Shown: positions 27,675-41,090, numbered from the whole stretch's first letter. The stretch: DNA of 63,453 nucleotides, filler included, from Octopus bimaculoides (GCF_001194135.2; 6 parts of 5 records of this genome joined end to end with filler, not necessarily neighbours in it), one strand, 5' to 3'. Notes: generated from the sequence alone by a model not told the origin. Numbers and translations are program-made.

Positions 27675-27880
27675 TTGACCTCACTAGTGCTGGTGCCATG
27701 TAAAAAGCAACCAGAGTACCCTGTAAAGTGATTGGCATTGGAAAGGTCATTCAGCTGTAGAAATCATGTCAGAGCAGAGATTGGAGCCTGGTGCAACTCT
27801 CTGGATTGTCAGCTCCTGTTGAACTGTCCAACCCATGCCAGTATGGAGAACAAACGCGAAATGGTGGTGATGGTGATGAA
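27675..27880 (+). mobile_element. SINE family C 3' half
   Basis: GAAAGGTCATTCAGCTGTAGAAA...CCAACCCATGCCAGTATGGA...ATGGTGGTGATGGTGATG. Confidence 0.75.
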
Positions 27881-28054
27881 TCCTTCTTATGGGTTGCCAC
27901 TCTATTTCTAAACCTAAGTCTTGGGTAAAAAAAAGCAAAAAACACTTGCCCAAGCTGCCACTCAATACAATTGCACCCCAGAAACTTATGACTGCTAAGT
28001 GAACTTGTCCTGTTCATACACAGTATATATTTTATAAAATCAGATGTCTCATAC

Positions 28055-28154
28055 TTGTCTTCAGGTACCTTATTCCTGGATATGTACATAGTACCAGATG
28101 AGGAGCCATTATTTCTAAACTGAGATTATTCAACAGATGACCAGTAACAACAAT
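28055..28154 (-). CDS. Candidate internal exon of gene Y (IVVTGHLLNNLSLEIMAPHLVLCTYPGI[RYLKT])
   Basis: Acceptor ggtttcatttcag; only phase 0 is open. Donor is either A|gtatga (exon end 28055) or AG|gtacct (exon end 28069). Confidence 0.5.
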
Positions 28155-28608
28155 CTGAAATGAAACCAATCTTAACGTCATCTTCAGATATTAAATATTT
28201 TATCATTTACATCCTCATTGTCTAAAAAATTATAATCTTATTAACTATTGCATTAACAAAAATATTGTTTGGTTTTCTTAGCTACTTACTATCTTCATTG
28301 CAAGGATTATACATTAGTCCTCTTAAACTTCATTAGTATAATGTGAGTATTGAGCATTGTATGGTAATGGTGAGTGTATTTTATAAAATATGTAGGTACA
28401 GGTACAGCTGTGTGGTTAAGTTTGCTTTCCAACCGCATGGTTTCAGGTTCAGTCTCACTTTGTGGCTCCTTGAGCAAATGTCTTGTACTATATCCCTGAG
28501 GGGATTTGGAAGATGGAAACTGAGAGAACCTCACCATCATTTGACGTCCATCTTCCATGCATGCATATATATATAGAGAATATTCATGTGTATATGTGAC
28601 TATATGTA

Positions 28609-28666
<58 letters not shown>

Positions 28667-29781
28667 TGTACATATGTATGTGTGTATGTATATATATATG
28701 CATGTATGTTTGTATATATGTATATATATGTATGTATGTATATATATATATGTATGTATATATGTATGTGTATATACGTATATATATATAGTTCAAATTT
28801 ATAGAAAGACAAAAGACAAAGCCAGGTGTTGGAACAACAAGCAGGTGTATTAGTTTAACACTTGGGAAAAATAGCAAAGTCTTTTACTTTTTGAGCCAAC
28901 GCTCTTCGGCAGAAAGGAAGGAACTAGAGGAAATAAATGGGGAGAATGAAAAATAACAGAGAAAAACTGTGTAGAGTTCACTGGTTCAACATGGCACTGT
29001 GTGTGTGTGTATATCTGTGTGTGTGAGACTATATATCTCTGAGTATATAGATAGATAGATGGATATATTTAGATGTGTGTATGTGTGTTACACACAAACA
29101 CAAACAAACCCAAAGTGTTTATAAATAGTGCAGAAAATGTGCAGAATAAGTAGATATAAATAGTGCAGAAGTATTTGTCTAGCATACCTTATTTAAATAA
29201 GTACTTTTGTTAAACTTAAGAACACACAGCCTGACATAGACAGGATGGTCTGACAAACTGTTTGTAAGACCAATATTGCAGGTATGTCTTGCTTTCACTA
29301 TGATAATTGTGCGTTTGATTAGTTAATAACAAACTTTGTTTTTATTAATCATTGTGACTAAATAGAAATTTATAAACCAGCTTTTTTGAGACTAATCGTT
29401 TTGATTGAATAAGAAAATTATTGCCTATATATTGCTTATGTAGATGTACTTGCATTAGTCACTAAGCCAGCAGGGAGCTTTGACGGAGTTTGAAAAGCCG
29501 ATGGTCAGTTTTATTACAGAATCATTAGTGATACATCCTTCAAAATGAAGAACTACATATAATGTATTGTGACATTAGAGTATCATATGAAATGTCGTGC
29601 AGTATTTATTATAGGTCCTTGCATTCTGAGTTCTAATCCTATTAATGTCAGGTTTTCCTTTCGTTCGTCTGGAGTTGAAAAATAAGTATACTAGTTTAGG
29701 GCTGTTTGACTGATAGAATTGTTAAAGCATCATTCTGCATTTTCAGTTCAGATCTTGCTGAGGCCTTCTTGGATGGTAGAT

Positions 29782-30329
29782 TTAACCCTTTAACATTTAG
29801 ATAATTTTGTCAAATGTCATACTTATTTTATTCACATTGTTTTGAATTAATCATGTATTATCTTGTAGCTTCAAGATTTTGATGATTGTCATTTACTTTT
29901 AGAATGAGATTGTTGGGTTGATGTGATTGGTTTAAACATAAAACAGGTAGAATATTTGGGTTGGATATGGTCAGTTTAAGGCACATAGCTCAGTAGTTAA
30001 GAGTGTTGGGCTCACAATCATGAGATAGTGTGTTCATTTCCAGGACTGGAGTGTGTGTTGTGTTCTTGAGCCAGACATTTTATTTCATGTTGCTCCAGTT
30101 CACTCATCTGCAGAAATGAGCTGTGACATCACTGGTGCCAAGCTACATCAGTCTTTGCATTTATCTTGGATAACATTAATGGTGTGGAGAAGGGAGGCTG
30201 TATGCATGAATTACTGCTAGTTTTCCATAAACAATCTTGCCCAGACTTGTGCCTCAGAGGGGAACTTTCTAGGTGCAATCCCATGGTCATTCATGACTGA
30301 AAGGGGTTTTTTAGATGCTAAAGAGTTAA
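29782..30329. mobile_element. TTAA MITE with a family D SINE (about 29980-30310, +) nested in its right terminus
   Basis: The MITE body stops at GGTCAGTTTAA and resumes ATGCTAAAGAG-TTAA after the SINE, whose head is GCTCAGTAGTTAAGAGTGTTGGGCTCAC. Confidence 0.7.
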
Positions 30330-31186
30330 CCTTGTGCTCAGTTTAACACTGCACCTGACTCTTGGGTGCCTTTAATGAAGTTCACTCATTTGCAAGCATT
30401 TAAGCTTGGTTTCCAGTTTGGTGAGACTTTGCTCCGTCTTTTGCCATAGTAAAGTGTTATGGACATTGCCTTTCTTCCTGATTAAATGATAAAACAAGAT
30501 GGGTGGTGTGAATCACAGCAGGAAATTCACTGGGTCAGTTCAAGTTAGCAAATTATGGAAGACATTTAACAAAAGAGGTAGAAGAGATAAGATAGAAAAA
30601 AGGCCAAAAGAAAAAAAAAAAAGCAAACATCTAGCCAATGACAATGACAAGTAAGAAAGCAAAGCATTTAGTGAGGGGTAAATTTTTATTGTTTTTAACC
30701 CTAGGTAAACTATGATTGAACAGAACTGATCAAACTTTTGGCAGCAATCTTACAGGCCCTACCAACACACACATAATAGGATGCCAGTGAGAATCAAATG
30801 TCATCATTTCATCAAGCTGTGCCCAACAGTTTGGCTTATTAAGCCGAGAAGTTCATCTAATGTTTAGATCCATTTTTTTTTACAGATTAGAGAGAGGTGG
30901 TTGAGGGATATTTAGCCAAGTGATTCACAGGTCCACACTGACTATTGCAGGTACTGCTTCATTAGTTTATTATTGATAGTGTTTTTTTCTGAATGATATC
31001 TCTTATGCCAGCTGCTCAATCAGACTTGATTAGGATCCGCTTAACAATAACAACTACTTTACTATTTAATCCTGCTGTTTTAAGATAGGTTCTATATAAA
31101 TCTTGTGTATCAATTTGTATTATTTATTTAGTTCTTATCTCTGCTTTTACATCATAAATGAAAAAAGAAGTAAGAACATTAAATAA

Positions 31187-31557
31187 GTGCAAGCACGGCT
31201 ATGTGATTAAGAAGCTTGCTTTGCAACCGTACCGTTTCAGGTTCAGTCCCACTGCATGGGACCTTGAGCAAGTGTCTTCTACTATGGTGCCAGGCCAGCC
31301 AATGCCTTGTTAGTGAATTTGGTTGATGGAAACTGTGGAAGCCCATCGTATGTATTTCTGTGTGTATGATCATGCTCTTCCCATTTCATAACAATTATTG
31401 CTTTGTTTATATCCCTGTAACTTAGTGGTTTGTCAATAGAGACTGATAGAGTAAGTACCAAACTTCAAAAATAATTACTGGGATCCATCTGTTTGACTAA
31501 AAGCCTTGAAAGTGCCCCAACATGGCTGCAATCCAATGACTGAAACGAGTAAAAGAT
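31187..31557 (+). mobile_element. SINE family A, old full-length copy
   Basis: Runs from the head to the CAACATGGCTGCAATCCAATGACTGAAACGAGTAAAAGA tail; CpG-depleted. Confidence 0.8.
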
Positions 31558-32599
31558 AGAAGATTTGGACAATGAGTATTCCAGTTGTTCATCGAATTAT
31601 AGCATAAGTGGCTGAATATTCCACAGATACTCATATCGTTAACATAATCTTCAGGCAGAATCAGCCTGTCAAAGGGTGTGATATGGTTTCTCAGTTTTGT
31701 TGATAAAGCTTTGGTTGATCCCCAGGCTTTGATAAAAGCCACTTGCTCAAAGTGCCACACAGGGTAATTGAACTTGGGATCTCGTGATGATAAAAGTAAA
31801 TTTTTTAACCTCTCTCTCTCTCTCTCTCTCTCTTATTGCTTTTGAAGATTCTCATGACTCAGTCGCCATCCAATTCCATTATTATGAATTCGAATTGGGA
31901 ACTTGAGTCATAGTGAAACTTTCATTTGCTGATTACGTAACCATGGATGCCACCCCTATGGATGCATTTCAGTTACTCTTTTGCTGGGGCTTGGTGATTT
32001 TGACCAGTAAATTGTGATTACTATTTGCCTATGCTACCCTGTGTACTCCTACTACAAAAGGAGTAGTATGTCATCTTTTTACTTCTGTGTTCAATGTAAC
32101 AATGATACTGCTTTCTGTTTCTTTTGTGCATTAGCCGATCTTTATTCCTGTTGTACAAAATGCAGGTTATTTACAAGCTTTTTTACATTGTGAATAGAAA
32201 TCTGAACAAGGTCAACTTTGCCTTTCATTCTTCCAGAGACAACCGCATAAAAGTACCAGTCAAGTACTAGGATCAACTTAAGAGTTTTTCTAATTCATAG
32301 CAGATGTAAATGGAATTAAAATAGAAAACAAAAATTCCATACAATGTAAACAGTTGTAATTCTACTTCTGAAGTAGGGTAGTGAGTTGGGGTTGGAGATG
32401 GAGTGAAATTTGGGATAGGTGTGACATTCATTCTGACCTTCTTGGCAAGTTGTTAAGTAGATAATTAACGAGAAGTTTCCAACTTAGTCTTTACTTGTTT
32501 TAAATATGACATCATCACACATTATCTGCTTGTATGTTTGTCTGTGCATATGTGTTTGTGTCTGTCTGTGCATGTATCTGTCACTATCTATGTATGTAA

Positions 32600-32635
<36 letters not shown>

Positions 32636-32639
32636 CTTT

Positions 32640-32940
32640 TATCTTTTACCTGTTTCAGTCATTAGACTGCGACCATGCTGGGACACCTGCCTTGAAGAAT
32701 TTTTAGTTGAATTTATTGACTCCAGTACTTATTTTTTCAAAGCCTGGTACTTATTCTATCAGTCTCTTTTTGCTGAACCACTAAGTTATGGAGGCATAAA
32801 TACACCAGCACTGGTTGTCAAGTGGTGGTGGGGGACTAACACACAACACACAATGGTCTTTTTTCAGTTTCTGTCAACCAAATTCACTCCCAAGGCTCTG
32901 ATTGACCTGAGACTATAGTAGAAGACACTTGCCTAAGGGA
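32640..32940 (-). mobile_element. SINE family A, internally shortened copy
   Basis: Same tail and body as 581-1011. Confidence 0.8.
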
Positions 32941-33871
32941 GCTTCGCACAGTCTTCTAACTTGACAGCTCCTGTCAAATCGTCCAACCCATGCCAGCATA
33001 GAAAGAGGACTTAAATGATGATGTATGTATGTATGTGTATAATGTCTATAAACTATGTGTGTACTTCTATTTTACTTCTATACAATTGATGTGTTGTGTG
33101 AGACAGATTGACAGACAGATACCAACACAGAAAGAATGGGGCGTGTGTAGATGGGTGAGAAACATCAAAAGAACAGATTCAAACACTGTCACCTGCCTGG
33201 TTATGTGTGTGCTATTCTTCTGACCTATTCTATTCATCTGACCTATTCTATTCATTTTGCCTGAGTAAGTCTCCATTGAAAAATGGACACCACTCCTACT
33301 TCACACAAAAGTGTTTGCTTTGTAACATTGTACCTCTCTTCATTCAGAACACCTCCTCCTACTCCCCACCCCCACCCCCACACACATTAAGCAGAAGTAA
33401 AATAGGTGCATGTGTACATATAAATATACTTGCTTTGGATATTCATAGAAGCTTTTCATAAAGCATTGGACTATTGGTGGCCTGGTAAAGCTGAAAATCT
33501 ACATGCATGCAGGCATGGCTCTATGGTTAAGAAGTTTACTTCCCAACCATATATGGTTTCAGTTTTAGTCCCACTGTGTGGCACCTTGAGTTAGTGTTTT
33601 CCACTACAGTCCTGGGCTGACCATAGCCTTGCGAGTGGATTTCGTAGATGGAAATTGTGGTGAAAGCCTGTCAATGGATGTTAAATGATGATGATGATGA
33701 TGATGATGATGATATGTATATGTGTGTATATATGGCTTAGTGGTTAGGGTGTTGCACTCGTGATTGCGAGATCGTGGGTTCGATTCCCAGACCAGGCATT
33801 TATCACCCTATGTCGTTGAAAGGATGAAAGGCAAAGTTGACCTTGGTAGAAGTTAATGATAATAAAAATAA

Positions 33872-33904
<33 letters not shown>

Positions 33905-34309
33905 AAGAAGAAGAAAACAGTGAGAATGTAGATAAACTAACTGTAAAGAAACAAAGGTTATCAGAACTAGCTAATGTCTTGTGTTTTTGTTTGCTTTTAG
34001 TTTGTTTATCCTGCCCAGAAGATAACTCCGAACGTTTTAGATTCCTCACAGAAAAGTAAGAATTTATTTTTATGTTTGTTTTGTTGCTAAGTGGGATCTC
34101 CCTTGGTTCCCAGCATGTCTGGTTCTGAGAAATGTCAAAGGGACTGTCAGCCACTCAGTGTAGAATGCAAATATTGCAGGAGGGAGACTTCCCTTGAGCA
34201 ACCCTAATTATTTTGGGTCTTCCTATTGATTGATGCTTACATCTTTTGCTAGTATAGATTATTAAAACAAACACAGGCACACATGTAACTGTGTGCACAC
34301 AAATGCACG

Positions 34310-34341
<32 letters not shown>

Positions 34342-34379
34342 TTTTAGCTCATAATTTCCTTTGTCCTCCATCCCCCTCT

Positions 34380-34610
34380 AGATCATCCTATGAGGGCTTT
34401 ATTCTCATTCGATGCAGCAACAGCTGGCTGGAAGAAGCCTCATGGCAAGTCCTGCACCAAATGGCTTGTCGTGATTGGCGAAGATCTCCAGAGGCTCAAC
34501 GTCACCTCTGAGGATGTAGAGGGGTTGGCACAGGACCACCAGCAATGGAGAGTGCTGGTAGACATGGTCAGCTCTTTACATGATGAAGTCTCTGGGATCA
34601 CTAACCTGAG
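34380..34610 (+). mobile_element. RTE-type LINE extreme 3' ORF remnant
   Basis: WKKPHGKSCTKWLVVIGEDLQRLNVTSEDVEGLAQDHQQWRVLV matches the W.RP.GRP...W...I..DL......A.DR..WR..V RTE C-terminus. Confidence 0.7.
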
Positions 34611-35475
34611 ATGACCCCAGCTCCGTCATGCCAAGCAAGCAACAACAGAGTAGTTTCTAAAAGGGTCTATTCATATTTTTCAGCGTGGCCTCAGTTGTTT
34701 CAGTAAAGCAAGTTTTTGCTAAGCCTCATCAAAAAAGTTCTCTGTTTTTTGAAAGCCTAATTTCTGTGATGAAGTTTAGTGAACATTTGCATTGTGGAGG
34801 CAATTGTAGATATGATATAAGAATATAACTAAACTAGCGCATGGCCATGTGGTAAGAAGTTTGCATCCCAGCTGTATGGTTCCAGGTTCAGTCCCATTGC
34901 ATGGTACCTTGAGTTTGTGTCTTTTACTATAACCCCAGGCCTACCAAAGCGTTGTGAGTAGATTTAGAAGATGGAAGTTGAAAGAAGCCTATTGTGTGTG
35001 TTATTGTCTCTTTGCTTTGACATTGTGTAATAGTTGTAAATAAGTGTTACTGTCATGCAGCATGCAAGCAATGTCCTCTAATTCCAATTTTCTGAGACAT
35101 ATCATTTGGTCATAGAGAAATATTACCTTACTTGGAAACAGGTGAGGGCTAGTAAAAGGAAATGCTCCAGTTATGGAAAATGAAGCTCAACAAATTCTGT
35201 CCAAACCATGTGAGCATGGAAAAGTGATTGTTAAATAAAGATGATATAGCATCATCATCATCATATGTCTGTTTTCCCTGCTGGTGTGGGTTGGACAGCT
35301 TGACAGGAACTGACAAAGCCAGGGGCTGCACCAGGTTCCATAGTCTGTTTTGACTTGGTTTCTATGGTTGGATGCTCTTCCTAATGCCAGCCACTTTACA
35401 GAGTGTACTGGGTGCTTTTTATATGGTACCAGCACCAGTGCTTTTTATGTGACGCCAGCACCCACACCAATACGT

Positions 35476-35524
<49 letters not shown>

Positions 35525-36958
35525 ACACATATCAAGCTACCTCACAGTTTCTATCTTTTGAATTCATCTCCAAAAGTATTGGTGAGTTCAAGGCTGTAAC
35601 AGAAGATATGTGCCTGAGGCATTTTGTTAGTGTGGCTGAATCTGGAGCCACAAGATTTGCAAAGAGAACTTCTTTGCTGCACAGCTATACCTGTTTCCAT
35701 ATCTGCAAATAACTTTCAGAATAACTCCTTTGTATATTTCATTCTTTATTAATGTCTTGTATTCACACTGTGTGTATGTGTGTGTGATATTCTATAACTA
35801 GAGGTGCATGCCAGCATGGGAAATGGATGTTAAATGGTGATGATGATGGTGATAATGTGCACGTATGTGTGTGTGTGTTTGTCATCATCAGTCGTTACCG
35901 TTTTCATGCCCACTTTTTGATGCTTGCATAGATGAGATGAAATCCATTGAGGTAGAAGGGTTGAAAATCGGTGAATGGTGGCGGGGGGATAGTCAATAAT
36001 GCATATCAATTGGCAGTTACAGGAGGATGAGGAGCAATATGATAGAGAGAATGAAAGATGGTGTGTGGGTGGGTAGGTTGCAAGGCTGTGAGTGGAAATA
36101 TGTAGTGCATGGGGAGAGAGCAAGAGACATGATGATGCGGGCAAATCAACAGGAAGTGATTCAGGGAAGAGGGGGAGATAATTTGGTAGCATTGAAGGGG
36201 TGGGGGGGTTATCAATGTAAAATGTGAATGAAGAGAGACAATGCCAATGTGTAATCCTTGTAACCAACTGCTTCCTGGAATATATTCTTTTATTCTTTTA
36301 CTTGTTTCAGTCATTAGACTATGGCCATGCTGGAGCACTGCCTTTATGCTTAACATCTATTTCAGTGTATTAGTTTAATATTTTACCTGTTTGTCTCGGA
36401 TCAACCCTGATTCAGCAGATTTATGGTAAAAAGCTTTTCAGCTGTTACCATCCTTTTTCTTTTTATTGTGTTCCCGACATAGTGTATCAAGGAATACATT
36501 ATTTAATGTCTTTCATTTTTTTGAAGATGATAGGGTGTGCTTTAAGAGACATTTAGGTGCTATTTCTAGCTGATCAGTAGACTGCATAGAGGCTCCCTTG
36601 TTGACTTGTTATGTGATTATGTTGTCAGCTGCATATGTAGCTGTGGTCATGTGATACCTTTGTTTCCATGTTAGCCTGTGTACAAGTATTGTTAGTAATA
36701 GTAAAATTGTGTAGTAAAGAAGGAATGTTTGATTGTGAGCAGAAAAACCATATCATGGCATTATATGATTTCCCATTCAGTTACCAGAATCTCAGACGAA
36801 ACACAATTAAAATGAGATTTTAATTTAAAATAGACAAAAAAAAAAAAAAGTTTAAAATTTTCTTTTTTCTCTTCATATTGTGATAATGCTCCTGTTTCAG
36901 TTTTAACTTCTGCTTGTTAATTCTGTTTGAAAACTATTGTATTAAAAGCAATGTTTAC

Positions 36959-37096
36959 TTTCAAATGTTCCATTGGATTTTGGATAATATCTGTCTGCGA
37001 TATTTCAAATAGTGAAATACTGATGCTGCAAAATGTTAAATTGCTGGGACACAACTTCTGGAAGATGCATTTTATTGTTTCTATTCCTCTTGAAGC
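36959..37096 (-). CDS. Candidate 138-bp phase 0-0 exon of gene Y (ASRGIETIKCIFQKLCPSNLTFCSISISLFEISQTDIIQNPMEHLK)
   Basis: Strong acceptor tttaaattcttttgtag, donor AAA|gtaaac. Only this frame is open across the whole exon. Confidence 0.6.
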
Positions 37097-37194
37097 CTAC
37101 AAAAGAATTTAAACTCAGCATATCAGCTGTCAAAACCCTTGCCAATTAATTAATTCATTAATTGTACAATTTCCATTTGCTTACAACAGTGAAC

Positions 37195-37725
37195 TTGGTA
37201 CCATGGTACCTTTTTACAGCAGTGTCTCATAGTACCTATTTATAGCACTCATGGTACCTTTTTACAGCAGTGGCTCATGATACCTATTTAGAACACCCAT
37301 GGTACCTTTTTACAGCAGTGTCTCATAGTACCTATTTAACAGTGTCTTGTGATACCTATTTACAGCAATGTCTCATAGTACCTATTTATAGCAGTGTTTC
37401 ATGGTACCTATTTATAGCACTCATGGTACCTTTTTACAGCAGTGGCTCATGGTACCTACTTAGAACACCCATGGTATCTTTTGACAGCAGTGTCTCATGG
37501 TACCTATTTAAGGCACTCACAGTACTTATTTAAAGCACTCACAGTATCTACTTAGAGCACTCACAGTGCCTTTTTAGTGTAGTGTCTTATGATACCTATT
37601 TACAGAAGTGTCTCACAGTACATATTTACAGCAGTGTCTCATGCTACCTATTTAGAGCACTCATGGTACCTTTTTACAGCACTGCCTCAAGATACTTATT
37701 TACAGCAGCATTTCCATGGTACATG
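37195..37725. repeat. Minisatellite of alternating about 26- and 22-bp monomers (ATGGTACCTTTTTACAGCAGTGTCTC / ATAGTACCTATTTATAGCACTC)
   Basis: About 20 diverged monomers visible directly. Confidence 0.9.
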
Positions 37726-38514
37726 TTATAGCAGTTTCCAATTGTGTTACTGTAACACCTTAGGGCAGCAGTTCTCAGCCTAAGGTCCATTGACAACAAG
37801 GGTTCAAAAAGGTTTTACTAGGGGTCTGTGATCTGTGTTCCAAATTTCAAAAGGTTACACTCAGTTATGTATATCTTTCAATGTCGAGATGAAATTTGGA
37901 AAATGCTTTTGTTGTTAATAAGAACTGATATATTGATAGATCCTTCAAAAGCCTGTGGTCTCAGAAGATTCATTTAAATAAGGATCCATAGTAGTGAAAA
38001 AGATGGGAACCACTGCCCTAAGATGTTGTAGACAGTAATTGGGATGTTGCAAGGTTTGAATTTTCAATTACATAATGGCCACAAAATGTCAATAACAGTG
38101 TTGTTGTATGCTACAGGCAGAAGGAGATAGAGCGACTGGTTCAGAGAAACTGACTTACAGTCCTGACTAGAAGCTAAATAAAGTGGTTGGTGATGAGATA
38201 TGAATACTTTGCAGTATCTGGTTACATTGCTATATGTCCCGAGTTCAAATTCTTCCCAGGTCCACTTTACCTTTCATCCTTCTAGTGTCGATAAAATAAG
38301 TTCTAGAGTCATTATAATTGTTGATAATATCTGAAAATAGTTAATGGTAAGGAAAATAGTTTGATCTATTGTGATTTAACTTAGCTTCGTTTCTGTTACT
38401 TTAGAAACAAAACCTTATTGATACTGGTGGTTTATGGAACTACACATTGGTAAAATAAGAAGTTTATCATAATCATAATCATCATCTTTCTTTCTAGCAT
38501 TATTATTTTATCTT

Positions 38515-38910
38515 TTATTTTTTACTTGTTTCAGTCACTGGACTGTGGTCATGCTGGAGCACCACCTTGAAGGATTTTTTTAGTCTAACAAATTGACTCT
38601 CGTACTTATTTTTTTTGTTTTTATGCCTGGTACTTATTCTATCAGTCTCTTTTGCTGAACCACTAAGTTACGGGGACATAAACACACCAACACCAGTTGT
38701 CAAGTTGTGGTGGAAGGGACAAACACAAAGGCATGTGCACACACACACACGACAGTCTTCTTTCAGTTTCCATCTACTAAATCCACTCACAAGGCTTTTG
38801 TCAGCATACAGCTATAGAAGACACTTGCCAAAGGTGCCATGCAATGGGACGGAACCTAGAACCATGTGTTTGCGAAGTAAGCTTCTTACCACACAGCTAC
38901 GCCTGTGCCT
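38515..38910 (-). mobile_element. SINE family A, full-length
   Basis: Colinear with 581-1011. Confidence 0.85.
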
Positions 38911-39261
38911 ATTGTGTTTATTTTCATTTTTATCGTCATTTTATATCTGCTCTTCTATGTTGGTTTGAGTTGGATGGGTCTTGATGTTGTAATTCAGTTC
39001 TTATTTGGAATTTTTGCCCTCCTAGATGGGCCGGAGGACCACATCTTGCTTGTATGTTCGATTTTTGGTATGTTTTCTATAGTTAGATAATCTTTGTATT
39101 GCCAACTTCTTTATGGAGTAAATTGAGTGAATTTTAATGTGGCACCACCACTAGAAAAGAGTGTCTTATCCTATGCAACTTGAAAGAGTCCTCACTACTT
39201 TACATTGTCTCCAGATTAGAAATATTTGAACTCAGATTATAGATATATGAAACTAAATACT

Positions 39262-39465
39262 TATGAGGGGTTCTGAAAAGTTCCTGGCTTTGGGTAAAAG
39301 AAAATACAGGAGAATCATTTATGATTTTAATCAACATATTCCCCTCTCAGATTCACACACTTATTGTAGCAGTCCTTCAGTTTTTTAAGAACTCAGAAGG
39401 TTGGGCCTCTAGTCAGGCCTTTCGCAACACCCTTAAAACCTGGAATTCTTCAGTACCCTCATGTA
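39262..39465. mobile_element. About 200-bp internally deleted mariner-type element (MITE)
   Basis: TIRs TATGAGGGGTTCTGAAAAGTTCCTGGCTTT and AAAACCTGGAATTCTTCAGTACCCTCATGTA, with TA ends. Confidence 0.75.
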
Positions 39466-40066
39466 TAAGGGAACTTGTATGGAGCTCTATCAATTCTTTT
39501 TATGTAACATTTCACTTCAGATGATTGTAGATTTTTGCATCACTTTCTATATATTGTGAAGATGTCTTGCACAATTGCATACTTGTATGGAACAGCTTTA
39601 CTCCATTCCAAGTTTGGTGAAGCTCTTAATATTGAGAGATTTGCAAATAAATGAGTTTACTGGGTATGAGACAAGCATAGTTAGTATGTTTCTGATAATC
39701 CTCAGTTTGTTGAATCACTCTTAATAGAATTGGCAGAACTGCAGATAATTGAGTTTATTGGCACCAGACAAGCAGCTAAGGGGTTGGTAGTTCATATTCT
39801 TGTCACTACTAGCATGTTATGTTAGTAACTAAAGACAAATTATGAGAAAAGCATAAGATCAACAAAAAAAAAAAAATCTACATAAATTAGAAGCAGTTAC
39901 ACACAATCTAACAGGTTCAAAATGCAGCACATGCATAGGGCAAATTTAATTATCAAACTCTTCCCTGAACTTTCCTGTTATATAACTAACTAGGACTGTC
40001 ATATTTATTCAACTACAGTGCATTCTCAGATTTAATACCACTTCCACTTTTTGTATGTAGATATCA

Positions 40067-40196
40067 TACGCTAGGGTATAATGCTACCCATTAATTTTTA
40101 TCTTGATATTTTGTAAGGTTGTTGAATTGGTACGCTAGGGTATAATGCTACCCATTAATTTTTATCTTGATGTTTTGTAAGGTTGTTGAATTGGTA
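40067..40196. repeat. 64-bp tandem duplication of unique sequence
   Basis: TACGCTAGGGTATAATG...GTTGAATTGG twice, with one mismatch. Confidence 0.95.
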
Positions 40197-40766
40197 TTAG
40201 AAAATTGTTGACTCCATCTCTAACTCTTCAATTTATGGTACCAATTTATGGTCCTTTGACTACAACTCTATTTCTTCTATTTGTATTTAGACAAATCATG
40301 TAATACATAACTAATGCAAATCAACAGGTTACTTACCTTTCTGATCTGTTTAAAATTTGGGCTTATGTGGTATGCCAGTGTGGCTTCTTTTGATATTATT
40401 TATGAAAGAACTTCTAAGACAAAACTTATGGATTGAAAAAAATGGGCCTTTACTTTATAGCCTTTATCAAAATGCTTTAAATTAAAAAGATATAAAAATA
40501 ATAGACTATAAAAATGGCATGTAAGAAACTTTGTTGACCAGTTCATAAATGAAATGCACCCAGTGAAACTTAACAAATGACTAATTTAAAAGAAATAAAC
40601 TGAATTAGATACATAACCTTCCTTTTTGAAATTAACACATTGTTTCAGTATAAAATTTACATTCATTGAAATAAAATTTATACAAGATTTATTAAAGAAA
40701 CATTGTATCTGTTAAATAAAAATCCCAATTGAAAATTTACTAAAATCATGTTAGAAATACATTTAC

Positions 40767-40828
40767 TTCTTCTAAACCTTCTTCGAAAGAAGTCTTTAAA
40801 TCTGATTTGATTGTTTTCAAATTAGAAC
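40767..40828 (-). CDS. Candidate exon of gene Y (xSNLKTIKSDLKTSFEEGLEE)
   Basis: Acceptor tttctaattccacag, donor GAA|gtaaat. A single open frame with a phase-0 end that joins 37096 in frame. Confidence 0.5.
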
Positions 40829-40892
40829 CTGTGGAATTAGAAATTTTGATACATTGTATCATTACATTTTATATTTTGTCAGTTGGGGGTCA

Positions 40893-41090
40893 GCAAACTG
40901 GTAGAACTATGAGCACACTGTACAGAATGCTTAACAGCATTTCATCTGTCTTTATGTTCTGAGCTCAAATTCCGTTGAGTTTGACTTTGCCTTTCATTCT
41001 TTCAGGGTCGATGTCAAGTATTGGGATCAATGTAATTGACTTCCCCTGCCCCTCAAAAGCTGCTGTCTACTGCCAAAATTTGAAACCAAT
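40893..41090 (+). mobile_element. SINE family B
   Basis: Head, GAGCTCAAATTCC, central box and CCAAAATTTGAAACC tail. Confidence 0.8.

Noticed and set aside
28557-28877. [12 protein letters not shown]-rich ORFs
   Set aside because: They are dinucleotide microsatellite translations.
34020-34055. Plus-strand micro-exon (cccag|...AGAAAA|gtaaga)
   Set aside because: No partner exons, and it is antisense within a gene Y intron; such signals arise by chance in AT-rich DNA.
37195-37725. CRISPR-like array
   Set aside because: No unique spacers, degenerate monomers, eukaryotic context and no cas genes.
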